Shown here piece by piece: positions 8,252-16,904 of a DNA stretch of 32,000 nucleotides. Positions within the stretch are counted from its first letter, which is position 1. Each line of letters opens with the position of its first letter. The DNA lies in contig NZ_CP006867.1 in assembly GCF_001481685.1 (NCBI RefSeq), forward strand, positions 330,001 through 362,000. Direction: 5' to 3'. Source of the stretch: Ignicoccus islandicus DSM 13165. GTDB taxonomy: Archaea > Thermoproteota > Thermoprotei_A > Sulfolobales > Ignicoccaceae. The notes below the pieces were generated by a model. The model had not been told where the DNA came from, searched no databases, and worked only from the letters and a program-made list of their open reading frames with translations. A program made the position numbers and the translations under genes.

Positions 8252-9943
8252 GTGCCCACGTTAGGCGAAGTAATAGCTAACGTTCAAAGGAACTTACTTG
8301 AACTAATTGGCAAAATAAAGAGAGGGGAGAGCGTAACTCAGACTCTAGAAAGAATCAGAAAAGAGAGACCTGCAGTAGGCGAACCCGGAGTAGCCAGCGC
8401 GGGCGGTAGGGTACTTAGAAGCCTCATCCCGGCTGAGAAGCTCGTGGATTTCTACTCGGTTAAACCACCCTATAGTTACGTCCTCATATATATCGACGAT
8501 CAAGAAAGGATAAGGTACCACACCATCGAGCCCATTCTAACAAGGAGGGAGCTAGCTGGTTTAATAAAACTCAAGGCCTTACTCTTTCAAGAATTTCATG
8601 TCAGAGGAGACATTCTAAGGAAGTCCGTTAAAGATCCTCTAGAAGCGGGAAAGTTAATAGCTCAGACAGTTAGGAGGATGGCCCGAGACTACGGTCTGAA
8701 GCTTCCCGTTTTAAGCATTGAGAAGCTCACGTACTACGTCGTTAGGGATACTGTAGGTTACGGTCCACTCGACGTTATCATCAACGATCCGGCCATAGAG
8801 GACATATTCTGTGACGGTACCGGGCTCCCGATTTACGTCTGGCACCAAAGGTACGAGTGGTTGAGGAGCAACGTAGTCTTCATTGATGAAGACGAATTAA
8901 TGAGATACGTTAGGAAACTGGCAGTTAGGTCCGGTAAGGAGTTAAGTTACGCTCAACCTCTATTGGACGGTGCGATACCTCCTTGGAAGTACAGGCTTCA
9001 CGCGACCCATCCAGTAGTAACTTACAGAGGTCCTTCCTTTACTATAAGAAAGTTCCGTGAAAACCCATTCACTCTACCCGAACTAGTTAGGCTCGGAACG
9101 CTCCCACCGGAGATAGCGGCTTACCTTTGGATACTGGTAGATTCAATAAACTCAGCCTTGGTAGTAGGCGCAATGGCGTCCGGTAAAACTACGCTGCTTA
9201 ACGCAATTGCAATGATGATCCCACCAGAGAGCAAGATAGTTACTGCGGAAGACACACCTGAAATAAGGTTACCTCACGAGAACTGGGTAGCAATGGTAAC
9301 GAGACCTTCCAGCGAACCGGGAGTAGAGGACATCACCCTTTACGACTTGCTTAGATCCGCTCTGAGGCAGAGGCCTGAATTCATTATAGTAGGTGAGATA
9401 AGAGGTGAAGAGGCCTTCACCTTCTTCCAAGCCGTCTCAGTAGGTCACGGAGGTCTTGGAACAGTCCACGGTGAAACGATCGATGCCGCAATAAAGAGGC
9501 TCATTACCAAACCAATGGACGTACCCAAAGGCTTGATACCAGCAGTCAAGGTATTCATCCTCAATGCGAGAGTCAAGTATGGAGGGAAGATCGTTAGAAG
9601 GAGCCTGGAGGTAAGGGAAATAATAACCATAGACGAGAGAGGAGAACTAGTCATGAACACCGCGTTCAAATGGGACCCAGAAACGGACTCTTGGGAGGAA
9701 GCGCAACACCTCTACCTAATTGAAAACGCTGCTGAGAAAATGCTAGTAGACTACAACCAGCTGTACAACGAAATGAAGAGGAGAGCTCTAATAATGAAAT
9801 GGATGGCTTGGAGGGAGAAGACGTCCGTTAGGGACGTCATGGATATGGTAAGGAGGTACAGGAGGAACCCCGATATGGTATTTACTCAAGTCGCTTCGGA
9901 GCTCAGAGCCTCAGGTCTCATGGAGGAGGTGGCCCTACTATGA
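8252..9943 (+). CDS. Type IV filament assembly ATPase (FlaI/ArlI / PilB / TadA superfamily)
   Basis: Walker A is GAMASGKTTLLNAI. The Walker B / Asp box region is RPEFIIVGEIRGEEA, followed by a His box GHGGLGTVHG. The protein is 563 aa with an N-terminal extension. GTG start. Confidence 0.85.
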   Translation: MPTLGEVIANVQRNLLELIGKIKRGESVTQTLERIRKERPAVGEPGVASAGGRVLRSLIPAEKLVDFYSVKPPYSYVLIYIDDQERIRYHTIEPILTRRELAGLIKLKALLFQEFHVRGDILRKSVKDPLEAGKLIAQTVRRMARDYGLKLPVLSIEKLTYYVVRDTVGYGPLDVIINDPAIEDIFCDGTGLPIYVWHQRYEWLRSNVVFIDEDELMRYVRKLAVRSGKELSYAQPLLDGAIPPWKYRLHATHPVVTYRGPSFTIRKFRENPFTLPELVRLGTLPPEIAAYLWILVDSINSALVVGAMASGKTTLLNAIAMMIPPESKIVTAEDTPEIRLPHENWVAMVTRPSSEPGVEDITLYDLLRSALRQRPEFIIVGEIRGEEAFTFFQAVSVGHGGLGTVHGETIDAAIKRLITKPMDVPKGLIPAVKVFILNARVKYGGKIVRRSLEVREIITIDERGELVMNTAFKWDPETDSWEEAQHLYLIENAAEKMLVDYNQLYNEMKRRALIMKWMAWREKTSVRDVMDMVRRYRRNPDMVFTQVASELRASGLMEEVALL

Positions 9944-10920
9944 GCACTAGAATAGTTCTAGAAGAAATAGAAGCCAAGACTAAGAAAAGGGAAAAAGCTG
10001 AAGTTAAGAGCGCTAACGCTCTGTTCTATATCTTCTACAGGATATCCAAAAGCATAGGAATTCAGAGGTTCTTGGAAGAATCCTTCAAAGGCCTAGAGAA
10101 GTACATACTCGGCTCCAGACTTCAAGTCTCCTTCCCAGTTTACGTTGCAACCATGGCCTTGCTCCCCCTCGCAATCGCCCCGTTAATCTCAGCCTTCGTA
10201 TTCGTTACAACTTTCTATGTATTATACATGCCTCCCTTGCTCTCTATTGGTTTAACAATTATTTCATTCGTAGTCGGATACGCCATAGTTTTCATGCTCT
10301 TGTACGTTGTTCCAGTGGCAATGTTCAGTTCAAGAAGCCCAGTTCTAGAGAAGAGCTTAGTCGTTCTATACGCTTACCTAGCTGCCTTAGGAGTTTCCGG
10401 CGCTAGCTACGTCGAAGCTCTGAGGAAGCTATGGGAGAAGAGCGAAAGCTTAGGTGCCGAACCGGAACTTGCTGAGGTGATTACGAGAATATACCTACTA
10501 GGAGAGGACGTAGTAGACGTCCTTAAGGACGTGGCGGAAAGGGCTCCCAATAGGGAATTCGCGAACTTCCTAAGAGGTCTGGCTAATGTAATAGAATCCG
10601 GTGCCGGCCTCGATAAGTTCGCAGAGGTTGGTTTCGAGAGCTCCATGGCAATAATGCAAGCTAAAATGAAGGAAGCAATGGGTGCACTAGAAATAATGAG
10701 CGAAATGTACGTGACTGGATCATCAGTAATGCCAATTTTGGGACTCTCGTTCGCAGTGGTTCTAGCTACCATGGGCCCCTCTGCTAAGATGTTCGGATTA
10801 ACGCTTCCAATGAAGCCAGCCACCTTGGCCGGCCTAATGTCCTTCTTCGGTATTCCACTAATATCCATATTCGCGATACTCATGGTGGATGGTACACTAA
10901 GTAAGATAAGGGGATGGTGA
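9940..10920 (+). CDS. FlaJ/TadC/PilC-like platform membrane protein, half-size (first of two)
   Basis: ATGA start/stop overlap with the ATPase gene. It has a cytoplasmic helical T2SSF-like block (LEKSLVVLYAYLAALGVSGASYVEAL...FANFLRGLANVIESGAGL) between TM segments. Confidence 0.75.
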   Translation: MSTRIVLEEIEAKTKKREKAEVKSANALFYIFYRISKSIGIQRFLEESFKGLEKYILGSRLQVSFPVYVATMALLPLAIAPLISAFVFVTTFYVLYMPPLLSIGLTIISFVVGYAIVFMLLYVVPVAMFSSRSPVLEKSLVVLYAYLAALGVSGASYVEALRKLWEKSESLGAEPELAEVITRIYLLGEDVVDVLKDVAERAPNREFANFLRGLANVIESGAGLDKFAEVGFESSMAIMQAKMKEAMGALEIMSEMYVTGSSVMPILGLSFAVVLATMGPSAKMFGLTLPMKPATLAGLMSFFGIPLISIFAILMVDGTLSKIRGW

Positions 10921-11864
10921 TCCCCTTGGTTAAGATGGAAAAACAAGAGATAATGTTAATGGCAGTAACGCCCGTTTTGGGAATAGTATTGATGATAATA
11001 ACCTACGTGCCACCAGGAGAGAAAGTGTTCGAAGCCCTTCCAAGGATTTACTTGCCTTACAACCCCGATACTTTGAGATCGATAACCATAGGTATACTAA
11101 CCATCTTAGCCGGTCCAGCTTTAGCTTATTACTTGTATATGAAGAGGATAGAGAGCATAATTAGCAACACGCCCTTAATGCTACAAGACATCGCAGTAAC
11201 GGTTAGAAGCGGTACTAAGGTTTACGCCTCTTTCGTTGAGATAAGCGATAGGGACTACGGAGCTCTAACTCCGTTCATTAGGAGAATAGCTTCCCTAATC
11301 TACTTGCTCGGCCTAGACATGCTCGATGCCTTAAGGCTGGTTCTAAACGACTTACCCAAGGAAACGAGGAAGTACTTCTACTTCATCGAAGAGGCGTACG
11401 AGAGCGGAGGTAGGGCTGTCGAGGTCCTAGATAAGGCCTCGGAACTTGCGAGGAGAATTATGGAATTCGAAGAAGAAAGGGAAAAGACCCTCAAGAGCCA
11501 AGGTTTCATAATTCTCTTTAGCGTTGTAATTTTCGTAGCGACGGCAGCTATACTTTACTACTTAGCTGTCCAAATGTACGCTTCTTCCGTTGAAGTTAAC
11601 AAGAAATTAGGCGAACAACAGTTACAGCCAATAGATCCATTAGAAGTATTAGGATACGTATACTACATGTCCATCTCCCTATCCTTGTTCGCTGGGATAG
11701 CCACTGGAAAGATAGTGAAAGGGACTATAGCTGCCGGGTTGTTCTATTCAATATTAGTGCTTATTCTAAGCCTTGGAATAGTATTGGCTCTACCGGTAGT
11801 TATACCACCGTATCCACAGGAGGCTGTTACTGCGCAAGCGACTGGGGCGTTCCCCCAAACGTAA
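10914..11864 (+). CDS. FlaJ/TadC/PilC-like platform membrane protein, half-size (second of two)
   Basis: GTGA overlap with the previous gene, or an ATG at 10935. It has a second T2SSF-like block (LMLQDIAVTVRSGTKVYASF...YFYFIEEAYESGGRAVEVL) flanked by TM helices. Confidence 0.7.
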   Translation: MVIPLVKMEKQEIMLMAVTPVLGIVLMIITYVPPGEKVFEALPRIYLPYNPDTLRSITIGILTILAGPALAYYLYMKRIESIISNTPLMLQDIAVTVRSGTKVYASFVEISDRDYGALTPFIRRIASLIYLLGLDMLDALRLVLNDLPKETRKYFYFIEEAYESGGRAVEVLDKASELARRIMEFEEEREKTLKSQGFIILFSVVIFVATAAILYYLAVQMYASSVEVNKKLGEQQLQPIDPLEVLGYVYYMSISLSLFAGIATGKIVKGTIAAGLFYSILVLILSLGIVLALPVVIPPYPQEAVTAQATGAFPQT

Positions 11865-11908
11865 CGAGTTTTAAAGTCATTGGACTAGGAAAGAGGGGGT
11901 CCACGAGA

Positions 11909-12430
11909 ATGGCCAAGCCCGCTAGATGCTTCACTAAGAGACACGCGAAGGCGTTCAGCGGTCCTCCGTATACTAGGGAAGAATACATCCACGGCGCGCC
12001 CCAACCCAAAGTAGTTAAGTGGGTAATGGGTAATCCGAAGGTCGAGGCCGAAGTCGAAATAAGGCTCGTCGCATTGGAGAGGGCGCAAATTAGGCACAAC
12101 GCATTAGAGGCCGCGAGAGTTGCCGTTCACAAGGCGCTATCCAGCTCAATAGGCGAGAACAATTACGTATTCATAATTAAGAGATATCCTCACCACGTGT
12201 TGAGGGAACACAAGTTCATGGCGTTCGCCGGTGCAGACAGATTGCAAGAAGGCATGAGGCACGCCTTCGGAAAGCCCGTTGGAAGAGCCGTTAGAATATA
12301 TCCCGGTCAAGACATACTGGTAGTTAAAACTAAGAAGCAGTTTGCGGATAAGGCTAAGGAAATAATGAAGATGGCTGCTTACAAGATGCCCATACCTTGT
12401 AGGGTTGAGGTAATAGAACTATCTAAGTAA
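11909..12430 (+). CDS. rpl10e: Ribosomal protein L10e (uL16)
   Basis: The MAKPARCFTKR...YTREEYIHGAPQPKV N-terminus is typical of archaeal L10e. A TTTTAAAG TATA box lies at 11869-11876 and a T5 run at 12461-12465 downstream. Confidence 0.9.
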   Translation: MAKPARCFTKRHAKAFSGPPYTREEYIHGAPQPKVVKWVMGNPKVEAEVEIRLVALERAQIRHNALEAARVAVHKALSSSIGENNYVFIIKRYPHHVLREHKFMAFAGADRLQEGMRHAFGKPVGRAVRIYPGQDILVVKTKKQFADKAKEIMKMAAYKMPIPCRVEVIELSK

Positions 12431-12498
12431 TTTCCTCGTAATACAGTTATAGAGAAAACGTTTTTAGCATCGAGTGGTAGTATATATGGGGCCGCCCA

Positions 12499-13137
12499 AT
12501 GAACGTTGCTGAAGCTCGGGCGCGAGAGTTCTTGGAGAAATACGGTGAGAGAGGAGAAATGGTTGTGAGGGCGGCCCTAGAGGTAGCAGACGCTTATAGG
12601 AGGAAAGGTAAGGCTGCTTTAGGCGACTTCGACTTCAAGGGAGTCGTTAAGAGGCTTAAACAATACGGGGTCGATTACAACCCCTCGCCCCTTTTATCCA
12701 AACTAGAGAAAGAGTATGCTTTAATAGAAACGAGCTACAAGAGCTCGAACCAACACTGGTGGAAGTTCGTAGATGAGGAAGCGCTCCGGCTAGCTTTAAA
12801 TGAAGAGGAGGAAGACGAAGAGGAATTAGATCCTCAAATAGCGGTTCTAAAGGTTCAAGTCGCTGCACTTGAGTTAGATGAAGCGAAAGAGAAATTAGCT
12901 AAAATAATAAACAGGAAGAAAATGACCGTTGCTGACAAGAAGTGGTTCAAGAACTTCGCTTTCGAGACGCTGCCACTGATAGCTAAGGTGGCCGAAAAGG
13001 TCTTGGAGGAGGGAATAGAAGATCCAGAGTTATTGGAAGCGGTAGAGGTTATCAAGTTGGCTCTAAAGGCATCCAAGCTAGCTAAGGTGAAGGTATCTAA
13101 GAGCTTGGACTTACCACTAATATCGGTGGAGGAGTGA
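12499..13137 (+). CDS. Hypothetical protein with an acidic central linker and helical C-terminal half
   Basis: 212-aa ORF with genome-typical codon usage. I recognise no motif. Confidence 0.6.
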   Translation: MNVAEARAREFLEKYGERGEMVVRAALEVADAYRRKGKAALGDFDFKGVVKRLKQYGVDYNPSPLLSKLEKEYALIETSYKSSNQHWWKFVDEEALRLALNEEEEDEEELDPQIAVLKVQVAALELDEAKEKLAKIINRKKMTVADKKWFKNFAFETLPLIAKVAEKVLEEGIEDPELLEAVEVIKLALKASKLAKVKVSKSLDLPLISVEE

Positions 13138-13141
13138 ACCA

Positions 13142-13354
13142 ATGGTTCAGCGATGTTGGAACAAAGGTCCCCTAGGACCATCAATTCCATGGGGCGGTTT
13201 CGTCTTATTATATACTAATGATCCCAGCGACCCGCTTGCGTTAGAGTTAATTGAAGCGTTCGGAGCGAAGATAGTTGAAGTTTCCGAGGTAGTTTCCCTA
13301 GATCCCGATGCCGTCAATCTTCCGTTCAAGTACGCAGTGGTGTGGAAGTGGTAA
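13142..13354 (+). CDS. Small hypothetical protein (70 aa)
   Basis: The ATG lies 4 nt after the previous stop and is preceded by GGAGGAGTGA. An equally long antisense ORF exists (13147..13359). The plus strand is chosen because of the coupling signal. Confidence 0.35.
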   Translation: MVQRCWNKGPLGPSIPWGGFVLLYTNDPSDPLALELIEAFGAKIVEVSEVVSLDPDAVNLPFKYAVVWKW

Positions 13355-13381
13355 GACATATCTTCTCTTATCGCTAGTTAA

Positions 13382-14335
13382 GTGCATGAGATGCACAAGG
13401 GCATAGTTCAATTGGGAGTACTGCTCCTAATAGTAGTTACAGTGACCTTATCCGTAATAGTGGTAGTTAACTTACCTAAGATTTTGGGAAATTGCCCCGT
13501 CAAGGTGGTAACCAATACCGTAACTAAGTACGTAACTGAGAGCGAGGTGGTCACCGTTACAACTACGGCCTTCAGAACCGTAACGGAAAAGCTAACGAAA
13601 GTCGTAACGAGCGTAACTACCACGATCTCTACATCGGTATTTACCTTAAGGAGCACGGTGTTTTCAACTATTACCTCAATACTCGTTAGAACTGCCTTCC
13701 TAACCGAAGTAGTGGAGAGAACTGCAACGGTCACTTCCACTAGCTACGTCTCCTTTACTAGGACGGTAACCGTAACTAGTACCCACACGGTCTGGGAAAC
13801 CCTCGTTCCGAGTTACCAATCGATCGTAACTTCTACGGCAATATTCGTAAACGGCTTAAACGGGGGCGTCGCAATTTACTCGTGTACTGGAAAGGGAGTA
13901 ATGATTCTAGGGAAAACCATGACGATAATTAGGGGTTATCCCAAGCCTATTAACTTCGATTACTTCGTTCCGTGTCCCGCTTTAATCTTAACTGAGAGTA
14001 ACAATACCGAAACTGTGTTCCTGAGCGGAACCCTAACTTTTAAAATGGCCCGGGTCACTGAGGCGAAGCTTCTCAACCTCATTACTTTAACCGGGGTGGA
14101 AACCTTCACTAACAACTTCTTACTCGTCTACCCTGTCACTTCGACGTTAGCCTTGAAGTGCGACGGAAATGGAGTAGTTGTTGGTGGGAGGAAACTGATC
14201 GTGGGTTATCCCGTACAAGTGGTTAACGTAGTAGGTTCGGAGTTCCACGAACCTTGTCCTTGTTACTGCTTAATAACGGAGAAAGGGCCCTTAACGCTTC
14301 TAGCAGTTGGAAGCGGAACTCTCACGTGGGGTTAG
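13382..14335 (+). CDS. Membrane-anchored or secreted Thr/Val-rich protein with two C-terminal Cys-containing repeats
   Basis: The likely ATG is at 13391, giving MHKG-IVQLGVLLLIVVTVTLSVIVVV (short basic leader plus one hydrophobic helix). A ~110-aa T/V/S tract follows, then a duplicated ~60-aa module. Confidence 0.7.
   Translation: MHEMHKGIVQLGVLLLIVVTVTLSVIVVVNLPKILGNCPVKVVTNTVTKYVTESEVVTVTTTAFRTVTEKLTKVVTSVTTTISTSVFTLRSTVFSTITSILVRTAFLTEVVERTATVTSTSYVSFTRTVTVTSTHTVWETLVPSYQSIVTSTAIFVNGLNGGVAIYSCTGKGVMILGKTMTIIRGYPKPINFDYFVPCPALILTESNNTETVFLSGTLTFKMARVTEAKLLNLITLTGVETFTNNFLLVYPVTSTLALKCDGNGVVVGGRKLIVGYPVQVVNVVGSEFHEPCPCYCLITEKGPLTLLAVGSGTLTWG
13502..13831 (+). repeat. Thr/Val-rich low-complexity coding tract (TVT-type)
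   Basis: Runs such as VTNTVTKYVTESEVVTVTTT...RTATVTSTSYVSFTRTVTVTSTHTV. Reiterated GTNACN codons also create a spurious antisense ORF at 13408..13740. Confidence 0.7.
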
Positions 14336-15097
14336 CTAGACCTTCCCTAGTACGTACTTCTCGGTTAACTTGTTCTTAGGCCTGGTAAATATCTCGCTCG
14401 TTGGACCTACCTCGATTACTTGACCTTGGTAAACGAAGGCTACGTAGTCGCTTATTCTCGCTGCTTGCTGCGGGTTGTGGGTAACAATGACTATCGTAAG
14501 GTCCTTCTTTAATTCAACTATCGTTTCTTCTATTTTCTTAGTGGAGACGACGTCTAGAGCTGAAGTGGGTTCGTCCATTAACAGTACCTTCGGTTTAAGC
14601 GCTAGCGCCCTCGCTATGCAAAGCCTCTGTTGCTGGCCTCCCGAAAGCTGACTGGCCTTCTTCTTCAATTCGTCCTTAACTTCGTCCCATAAGTAAGCCT
14701 TCTTCAAAGCCCATTCTACGCGTTCCCTTAACTCTTCCTTACTCTTAACGAGTTTGTTCATCTTCAAGCCTATGGCAACGTTATCGAAAATGCTCATATG
14801 GGGAAACGGATTAGGTCTCTGAAATACCATTCCGACTAGCCTCCTGACCTCTTTGTCCTTCATAGCGTAGACGTCCTTTCCGTCCAGCAGTATTTCGCCA
14901 TCTATTTCGACCTCCGGATAAAGGTCCCAGAGCCTATTTATGGACCTCAAAATGGTGCTCTTACCGGATCCAGAGGGTCCCATTATTGCGAACACTTTGT
15001 TTCTAGGTATTTCCAAGTTGATGCCTTTCAGTACTTCCTTTCCAGCTATTCTGACCTTCAAGTTCCTTATCTCTATAATCGGTTTATCAGAACTCAT
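14336..15097 (-). CDS. pstB: Phosphate ABC transporter ATP-binding protein
   Basis: Walker [10 protein letters not shown], signature LSGGQQQRL, Walker [12 protein letters not shown], and the PstB-typical RSINRLWDL...[10 protein letters not shown] block. Confidence 0.9.
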   Translation of the reverse strand: MSSDKPIIEIRNLKVRIAGKEVLKGINLEIPRNKVFAIMGPSGSGKSTILRSINRLWDLYPEVEIDGEILLDGKDVYAMKDKEVRRLVGMVFQRPNPFPHMSIFDNVAIGLKMNKLVKSKEELRERVEWALKKAYLWDEVKDELKKKASQLSGGQQQRLCIARALALKPKVLLMDEPTSALDVVSTKKIEETIVELKKDLTIVIVTHNPQQAARISDYVAFVYQGQVIEVGPTSEIFTRPKNKLTEKYVLGKV

Positions 15098-15962
15098 GTC
15101 TTCTCACCACTAACTTACTGATTATTATTAAAGGCAATATTATTGCGAATACCAAAACGAAGGAAGCGGCCCAACTAAGCTCTAGCCAAAGTTCTTGTGA
15201 GCTGAAACCGAACTTGTATATTAGGACGCTCAAGCTGGCGCTTGGCTTCAACGGATCTAACTCCAGTTTGTCGCTCCATCCGGCCGTGAAGAGTAGGGGG
15301 GCAGCTTCTCCAGCAGCCTTAGCTAGAGCTATTAGCGTGCCAGTTACGACGCCCGGAGCTATTAGGCCCCTGAGAACCTTGAAGAGGACCTTCGGATAAG
15401 GTATCCCTAAAGCAAGTCCCCCCTCCTTCACTTCCTTAGGCACCTTCCTATACGCCTCAGCGGTGTAAATGGTAATGTAAGGAACCATTATCACAGAGAG
15501 AGCCATGCTCCCAGCTAGTGCGGAAAAGCTCTTCGTAGGAACCACTACTAACCAATATATCGCTATACCAGCAGCTATGGTCGGTAGCTCTACCAGTAGC
15601 GAGGCGACGTCTTCAGCTATTCTAGATAGCTTCGAACGCCTAAATTCCGCTATTAGAACTCCAGCGAGGAAACCTATAGGGAACGAAATTAGTAGCGCCA
15701 TAAAGATCATTTCAAGCGTTCCAACTATCGCCGGAGCTATCCCAACCTTAGGAGTTCCGAAGAAGAATATCGGAGGAGGTATGTCGTTTACGAAGAGTTG
15801 ATAGCCGTACTTCATTACTATTGGAAGTCCGTTGGCAACTATTGAACCCAATATCCAGAGCAGCGTTCCTAAAGCGCTTAGGCTGAGAACGTAAATTGCA
15901 AGTATGCCGATTCTAGGCACTAGCCTCCACCTCCATGAAGTTCTTGGAGACCTTCCTTCCAA
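15087..15962 (-). CDS. pstA: Phosphate ABC transporter permease PstA
   Basis: Six-TM permease with an EAA-like loop ([18 protein letters not shown]). It sits between pstC and pstB. An alternative GTG start at 15917 would shrink the 50-nt overlap with pstC to 8 nt. Confidence 0.8.
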   Translation of the reverse strand: MEGRSPRTSWRWRLVPRIGILAIYVLSLSALGTLLWILGSIVANGLPIVMKYGYQLFVNDIPPPIFFFGTPKVGIAPAIVGTLEMIFMALLISFPIGFLAGVLIAEFRRSKLSRIAEDVASLLVELPTIAAGIAIYWLVVVPTKSFSALAGSMALSVIMVPYITIYTAEAYRKVPKEVKEGGLALGIPYPKVLFKVLRGLIAPGVVTGTLIALAKAAGEAAPLLFTAGWSDKLELDPLKPSASLSVLIYKFGFSSQELWLELSWAASFVLVFAIILPLIIISKLVVRRHEF

Positions 15963-16863
15963 AGTAGAGCAACGCGAAGCCCATTCCCACTAGAATTAGT
16001 ATTAACGTAGTTAAGGCCTCGCTATGGAGCGGGTTCATCATTGCTTCTTCGAACTCGTTAGCTACCAGCGAGGTTATAGTGGCACCTCTGCATAGCAAGC
16101 ACGGTTTGAAGGGACCTATGGAATTACCTATCAACATTGTCACAGCCATTGTTTCGCCGAGGGCTCTTCCAGCTGCTATAATGGTTCCAGCTACGATTGA
16201 GGACTTAACGTACCCTATGCCTATCTTAATAACGTCCCATTGATCGCCCCCTAGAGCGTAAACTGCTTCCTTTAGGTCCTTGGGTATCATTTCGTAGGAG
16301 TTCCTTATTATTGCCGAGGCGTAAGGTATCATCATTAGCGATAGGACCAATACGGCCGTCATGAAGCATTGAGGAGTAATTGAAGAGGTCTCAACTAAAG
16401 TTGAGATCAATGGTACGTTAGACAGAATTGATTGAAAGGTCGGATAGAAGTACGTAGCCATAAGCGGGCCGAAGATCATTAATCCCCAATATCCGTAAAC
16501 CACGCTGGGTACAGCTGCAATTAAGTCAACTAGACCTCCCACTAGGGTCTTCAACCTCTTCGGGGCCAGCTCCGCTGCGAACACGGCCATGGATACCGAA
16601 AGGGGTAGCGTAAGTAGCGTGGACCAGAAGGTCACCCATAGGCTACCTAAGATGAATTGTATTGCACCGAACTTGTTCGCAGAAGGATTCCATTCACTAG
16701 ACGTAAGGAGTTCGTACCCCTTCTCTAATATGAAGGGGGTCGAGTAGTACGCTATTGGTAATAGCGCTGATATAAAGACTACTAGAAGCAATAAGCCGCC
16801 GAAACTCACCAGTATCGGTGGTTTGAGCCGTTTCTTCATGACCTCTCGTTCACAGCCTTCCAA
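15913..16863 (-). CDS. pstC: Phosphate ABC transporter permease PstC
   Basis: Permease with the loop NSYEMIPKDLKEAVYALGG. It is first in the C-A-B order. The start is TTG at 16863 or ATG at 16839 (MKKRLKPP, with GAGAGG upstream). A TTTTAAAG TATA lies at 16892-16899 on the minus strand. Confidence 0.8.
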   Translation of the reverse strand: MEGCEREVMKKRLKPPILVSFGGLLLLVVFISALLPIAYYSTPFILEKGYELLTSSEWNPSANKFGAIQFILGSLWVTFWSTLLTLPLSVSMAVFAAELAPKRLKTLVGGLVDLIAAVPSVVYGYWGLMIFGPLMATYFYPTFQSILSNVPLISTLVETSSITPQCFMTAVLVLSLMMIPYASAIIRNSYEMIPKDLKEAVYALGGDQWDVIKIGIGYVKSSIVAGTIIAAGRALGETMAVTMLIGNSIGPFKPCLLCRGATITSLVANEFEEAMMNPLHSEALTTLILILVGMGFALLYFGRKVSKNFMEVEASA

Positions 16864-16904
16864 TCGGTCTAAATGAACCTTTTCGAAATTCCTTTAAAAC
16901 CGTT

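Noticed and set aside
14333-14338. Back-to-back stop codons TAGCTA shared by the convergent TVT gene and pstB (zero intergenic bases)
   Set aside because: It is real, but it is simply a sign of genome compaction. No hairpin or T-tract points to a special bidirectional terminator.
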